DNA from: Candidatus Uhrbacteria bacterium RIFOXYB12_FULL_58_10
GTDB lineage: Bacteria > Patescibacteriota > Patescibacteriia > UBA9934 > GWF2-40-263
NCBI GenBank assembly: GCA_943359455.1
Contig: CALRHL010000001.1
Coordinates: 21,184-85,183 of the forward strand
Length of the DNA stretch: 64,000 nt
Reading direction: 5' to 3'
This document shows positions 60,416 to 64,000 of the stretch, piece by piece. Position 1 is the stretch's first letter, and each line of letters starts with the position of its first letter. Under the pieces are notes generated by a model. That model searched no databases, was not told the DNA's origin, and saw only the letters and a program-made list of their open reading frames with translations. Both the position numbers and the translations under genes were made by a program.

Positions 60416-61374
60416 GATTCCTCCTTTTCTACAAACTGCGGATACATATCGTACCCGTTGCGTGACCAGTGAAGCAAACTGCGTTCAACCAATGCGTCGA
60501 GTCGCTCGGTGTACGCGGGTGGTGTCAGGTAAAACCGTCGAGGAAACACGAGCGCGTGGCTCAGCATCTCGTACGGCATCACATTCTGACAAAACGCGAG
60601 TTCGCGATCGGTCTTTGGCAGACGCAAATTGCGTCGCTTTCCTTTCGCATGAACACGAGAAATCCAAACGGGTTGCAACTTCCCATCCGCGAACAGTTCG
60701 TCAACGGTTTCGTAATAGAGCGGGTCCACTCCAGCTTCGCGATGAATGAAATGAATCACTCGACCACGAACCCAGAGCGCGACATGAGAATTGATATCTT
60801 TCCCAGCCGCAACCACCTCGTCCCAATACGTCGTGTCTTCCCACAGCAGTCCGATCATGTACACCTGTGTTGGTTCGAAGTTGAATTGCCGAACCGCGTC
60901 TTGCAACTCGATCTTCACACCAGGTGCGAGCTGACCATCCGTGTTGTAACGCGCAGTTTCATCCCACACCGTGGTGAGCTTATCTGCGTTTGAAACACAG
61001 GTCGTACAATCTTCACCCGTTGCAATATACTTGGCGCGCTCGGTGCGAACGGTCCACGCACTTGCATGAACGAGCTTGATGCCTGTTACAAGCACGATGT
61101 ATTTCACAACGGTTGCCGAACACATCGCATTGTCCATTTCCCACCAAGGCAAAAACCTCGGCAGTCGTCCAGTACGTTCAATGTAATTGAGCAACGCCGA
61201 GTGATCCTCAGCCGAAAGCTTGTCGACAGACTTCCAAAAGACAAGCTCCTCCGCACGCGTCTCAGCCTTCACCTTTGGATAGTGAAGATAAAGCAGCGTC
61301 AAAATCGTCCCAAACACCCCAGCAAACATGCACAGGATGCTGGCGATTCGGTTCAAACCGAGTCGATATCCCAT
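60400..61374 (-). CDS. membrane-anchored hypothetical protein, possibly a papain-like Cys/His peptidase
   Basis: N-terminal TM; candidate dyad NAMCSATV ... SHVALWVRG; weak. Confidence 0.3.
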   Translation of the reverse strand: MGYRLGLNRIASILCMFAGVFGTILTLLYLHYPKVKAETRAEELVFWKSVDKLSAEDHSALLNYIERTGRLPRFLPWWEMDNAMCSATVVKYIVLVTGIKLVHASAWTVRTERAKYIATGEDCTTCVSNADKLTTVWDETARYNTDGQLAPGVKIELQDAVRQFNFEPTQVYMIGLLWEDTTYWDEVVAAGKDINSHVALWVRGRVIHFIHREAGVDPLYYETVDELFADGKLQPVWISRVHAKGKRRNLRLPKTDRELAFCQNVMPYEMLSHALVFPRRFYLTPPAYTERLDALVERSLLHWSRNGYDMYPQFVEKEESCGPL

Positions 61375-61400
61375 GATTTCACCTGTGATGTTGAGGGAGG

Positions 61401-61429
61401 AGTGTATCTAAAAATTTGCTATTTGTCAA
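61401..61429 (-). promoter_or_regulatory. minus-strand promoter TTGACA-17-TACACT with aggtga RBS, immediately downstream of the long palindrome
   Basis: read from the reverse complement. Confidence 0.45.
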
Positions 61430-61529
61430 CCGTAACCACCCCTTAGCCCCTCCTTGAAAAGGAGGGGAGCAGAGTTTTCCAGAAAACAAACTCCCCTCCT
61501 TTTCAAGGAGGGGTCGGGGGTGGTTACGG
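61430..61529. repeat. 100-bp composite palindrome: outer 13-bp arms ccgtaaccacccc/ggggtggttacgg enclosing two mutually reverse-complementary hairpins cccctcctt-gaaa-aggagggg (AAGGAGG SD-like) around a gttttc-cag-gaaaac centre
   Basis: read directly. Confidence 0.6.
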
Positions 61530-61540
61530 CATCAGATAAT

Positions 61541-62581
61541 TCAGTCCAACACCGGGTGTTGGCTGACACGGGAGAGTTCGGATGCAGTGCGCCTTGCCTC
61601 CTTCATAAACCGGTCAAGTTCTGCGCGTTTTGATTCGTAATAAGCTGTCCCGTGAATTTTTGTTCGTTCTAGTGCTTGAAATGCTTTTGCAAAACGCTCT
61701 TCAAACATACCAATATCAAATGCTCCGTCTCGCAAACGATTTCTGAGAAGAACCTCTTTTGGCGGGAGACGTGTTTCTTTTACAAGACGAACGAAACTGA
61801 GCAGTTGCAAAATGTAATAACTTGCATCAATTTCCCACCAATAAAATCCTTGACGTGTTGACGATCGATAGTGATGATGATTATTGTGCCATCCTTCTCC
61901 AAGAGTGATGAGTGCAAGAAACCAGTTGTTGCGACTTGTGTCAGATGTCGCAAAGCGGCGACTGCCAATCACATGAGAAAGTGAGTTGATGGTAAACGTA
62001 CCGTGATAGAGAAGAACGGTTGAAAGAAAAAACCCGATGAGAAGCGCGCTCCATCCTCCGAGCATGAGAATCGTGATCGCGAGAAGTGTTGGGGGAACGA
62101 GAGGATATTTGTCGAGCAAGCGCAATTCAGGATAGGACGCAAAATCTCGAATGCGATCCATGGGTGTTGTTTTGAATTTGTCACACAAAAACCATCCAAC
62201 ATGACTCCACCAAAATCCACGACGTGGTGAGTGAATATCTTGAGGCATGTCTGAGTACAGATGATGATCGCGATGGTGACCCGCCCACCAAAGCACTCCC
62301 TTTTGCGCAGACATCGTTCCACCAAGTGCCATCACAAATTGCATGACGCGCCCCAGCTTATACGAGCGGTGCGCGAAGTAACGGTGATAACCAGCGGTAA
62401 TAAAAAACATGCGAACGATGTACAGAACGATACACAAGATGATGTCCATGAGATGTATCCCTGTCATAATCGCAAGCAAAGGCGCGAGATGCATGAGAAA
62501 AAATGGAACAGACTTCACCCAATTCACTCGTTCATCCGAAGATCTTTTGTACAATATATTCATAGCGAGACCAGTATACAC
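61541..62581 (-). CDS. membrane fatty-acid (acyl-lipid/acyl-CoA Delta9-type) desaturase
   Basis: three His boxes HRYFAH, HHRDHH, HNNHHH plus TM segments. Confidence 0.85.
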   Translation of the reverse strand: MYTGLAMNILYKRSSDERVNWVKSVPFFLMHLAPLLAIMTGIHLMDIILCIVLYIVRMFFITAGYHRYFAHRSYKLGRVMQFVMALGGTMSAQKGVLWWAGHHRDHHLYSDMPQDIHSPRRGFWWSHVGWFLCDKFKTTPMDRIRDFASYPELRLLDKYPLVPPTLLAITILMLGGWSALLIGFFLSTVLLYHGTFTINSLSHVIGSRRFATSDTSRNNWFLALITLGEGWHNNHHHYRSSTRQGFYWWEIDASYYILQLLSFVRLVKETRLPPKEVLLRNRLRDGAFDIGMFEERFAKAFQALERTKIHGTAYYESKRAELDRFMKEARRTASELSRVSQHPVLD

Positions 62582-62656
62582 CGCTTGACTGTTTCTGGCG
62601 CAACAGGCATAATCGCATCACGCTATTTTATTCGACACGCTCAATGTCGAGAACCT

Positions 62657-62926
62657 ATGCCAATTAAACAAAATGCGAAAAAAGCGCTTCGACAGTCCGT
62701 CAAACGCTTGGCTCGTAACAAAGCAATTAAGGACGAGATTAAATCCTTGCGCGTGAAGTTTCGAAAACTTATCACTTCGAAAGAAGCAGAGAAGGCCGTC
62801 GAAATCGCTCGCTCGCTCGGACAAAAATTCGACAAGTCTGTTTCCAAAGGAGTGATGAAAAAAAACACCGTCGCACGTCTCAAATCTCGCATGATGGCAA
62901 GATTGAACGCGATCAAAGCCAAGTAA
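62657..62926 (+). CDS. rpsT: 30S ribosomal protein S20
   Basis: MPIKQNAKKALRQSVKRLARNK...; start reset inside the longer track ORF. Confidence 0.9.
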   Translation: MPIKQNAKKALRQSVKRLARNKAIKDEIKSLRVKFRKLITSKEAEKAVEIARSLGQKFDKSVSKGVMKKNTVARLKSRMMARLNAIKAK

Positions 62927-62933
62927 CAATGAA

Positions 62934-62966
62934 GACCTCCGACATATGTTGGAGGTCTTTTTTTGA
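62934..62966 (+). terminator. intrinsic terminator after rpsT
   Basis: agacctcc-gacatatgt-tggaggtct followed by TTTTTTT. Confidence 0.65.
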
Positions 62967-63003
62967 TAAAAAAATCCGCAATCAGAGACTGCGGAAAGAG
63001 AAA

Positions 63004-63969
63004 TTACTTTGGCGTGTAGTAGGCTGTGCGGTCTGCAAGGAATTTTGCAGTCAGCGCATCTTTCTTTCTCTCATGAGCCACCGATTGTCGGTAGCACTCC
63101 AGTTCGGTCTGATGAGAGATCAGATCCGAGAGACGCGATCCAAACGCGATTCGCAAGTTTCTCACGCAGTCCCATGAAGTACGCGACATTACCGTCTCCT
63201 CCCAAGGAGGAAGAAGGATGTCATCTTCTTCGTCACGATCTGCGTACAGTTCCGCACGAACCTTCACGTACGATTCCATGGCGTATCGATCAAACACGAT
63301 CCCGAGTTGATCCTTCAACTGTTGTGCGTGCTTCGGTTCTACTTCCAGTCCCCTGGATTCGAACAAGAAGAGATACACAACAATTGAGAGAGAAGCGTAG
63401 AGCGATTTGTCATTCCACAGATCGCACAGAGCTTCATCTGGCAATCGCGTCATCATCTCGACAAGTTCTGCGAGACGATCGTCAATCTTCGACTCGCTCT
63501 TCAGCATATCTCGTACTGCGCGTTCGAGATATGGTTGACGCAACACTTTAAAGTATTGCTCACCCACAGATCGTTTCCACGAAAGATGTCCGCTATCGAG
63601 AAAATCGTTCACGAGATTGGGTACGTTTCTCAAAAACCACTTAACGACGAGCACGCGAGCAGGTTTCTGAAGCTCGCTTAAATGACGCAACAGCATTTCA
63701 TCTGGAATCTCATACAGGTCCAACATCATCTGGACCTCTTCAGAGTCGAACCTTCTCCATTCGATCCCGTATTCAATTGCTTGCAACAACATCGGATTCA
63801 AACCCGCTGCTTCACCCAAATCGTTGCTGTGTGTGTGCAAGTACTCAAGCGCAGATTCGTGACTGAAATCAGCCACCGATCCACTCGAAAGATATGGATC
63901 GATGAAGTGCATGCTGATCGTAGGAGCGTGAGGACTCTTACAAAGATCGAGAACGTGCTTTTTTGCCAA
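63004..63969 (-). CDS. hypothetical protein (TTG start at 63969; may extend beyond the window)
   Basis: ORF track; no recognisable domain. Confidence 0.4.
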   Translation of the reverse strand: MAKKHVLDLCKSPHAPTISMHFIDPYLSSGSVADFSHESALEYLHTHSNDLGEAAGLNPMLLQAIEYGIEWRRFDSEEVQMMLDLYEIPDEMLLRHLSELQKPARVLVVKWFLRNVPNLVNDFLDSGHLSWKRSVGEQYFKVLRQPYLERAVRDMLKSESKIDDRLAELVEMMTRLPDEALCDLWNDKSLYASLSIVVYLFLFESRGLEVEPKHAQQLKDQLGIVFDRYAMESYVKVRAELYADRDEEDDILLPPWEETVMSRTSWDCVRNLRIAFGSRLSDLISHQTELECYRQSVAHERKKDALTAKFLADRTAYYTPK

Positions 63970-64000
63970 TGAGCGAATGTACTTCTCTGCCTCCAGAAGA

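Noticed and set aside
63009-63551. 180-aa plus-strand ORF antisense to 63004..63969
   Set aside because: Arg/Ser-rich, no motifs; likely spurious, although neither frame has recognisable homology.

Overview
This window looks like a gene-dense, mostly minus-strand chromosomal segment of a small-genome bacterium. The many hypothetical and secreted proteins and several apparently leaderless promoters are compatible with an uncultivated CPR/Patescibacteria-like lineage, but that is inference only. Recognisable housekeeping genes are rpoB-rpoC, recA, ftsK plus a RodZ-like gene, ruvC, yebC, rpsF-ssb-rpsR-epmA, efp, rpsT, tsaD-tsaE, arfB, tag, tRNA-Glu(TTC) and tRNA-Gly(TCC). Between them sit: (1) a four-gene operon between the rpoBC operon and ftsK encoding an unknown protein, a Nudix hydrolase, a viperin-like radical SAM enzyme and a guanylate-kinase-fold kinase, which I read as a candidate prokaryotic-viperin-type nucleotide-modifying defence module with non-canonical accessories; (2) the remnant of an integrated element at tRNA-Glu, with a GC-rich C-terminal fragment of a large serine recombinase truncated by an IS3-family-like IS, plus a 56-bp solo palindrome made of that IS's terminal repeats at the 3' end of rpoC; (3) four toxin-antitoxin or toxin-like modules (VapBC, HicAB, RelE/DinJ, class II Fic); (4) a short AGGCTTAAGGC-like dispersed repeat that is present in-frame at two places inside tsaD; (5) a 21-bp tandem-repeat heptad-repeat gene directly downstream of recA; (6) several long palindromes and inverted-repeat-bounded ~155-bp elements; (7) a cluster of paralogous secreted beta-rich/FN3 surface proteins next to a truncated gmd pseudogene; (8) CHAP/L,D-transpeptidase cell-wall enzymes and a TlpA-CcdA pair. 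No rRNA or CRISPR array was seen. Coordinates of non-CDS features were counted by hand and may be off by 1-2 nt.
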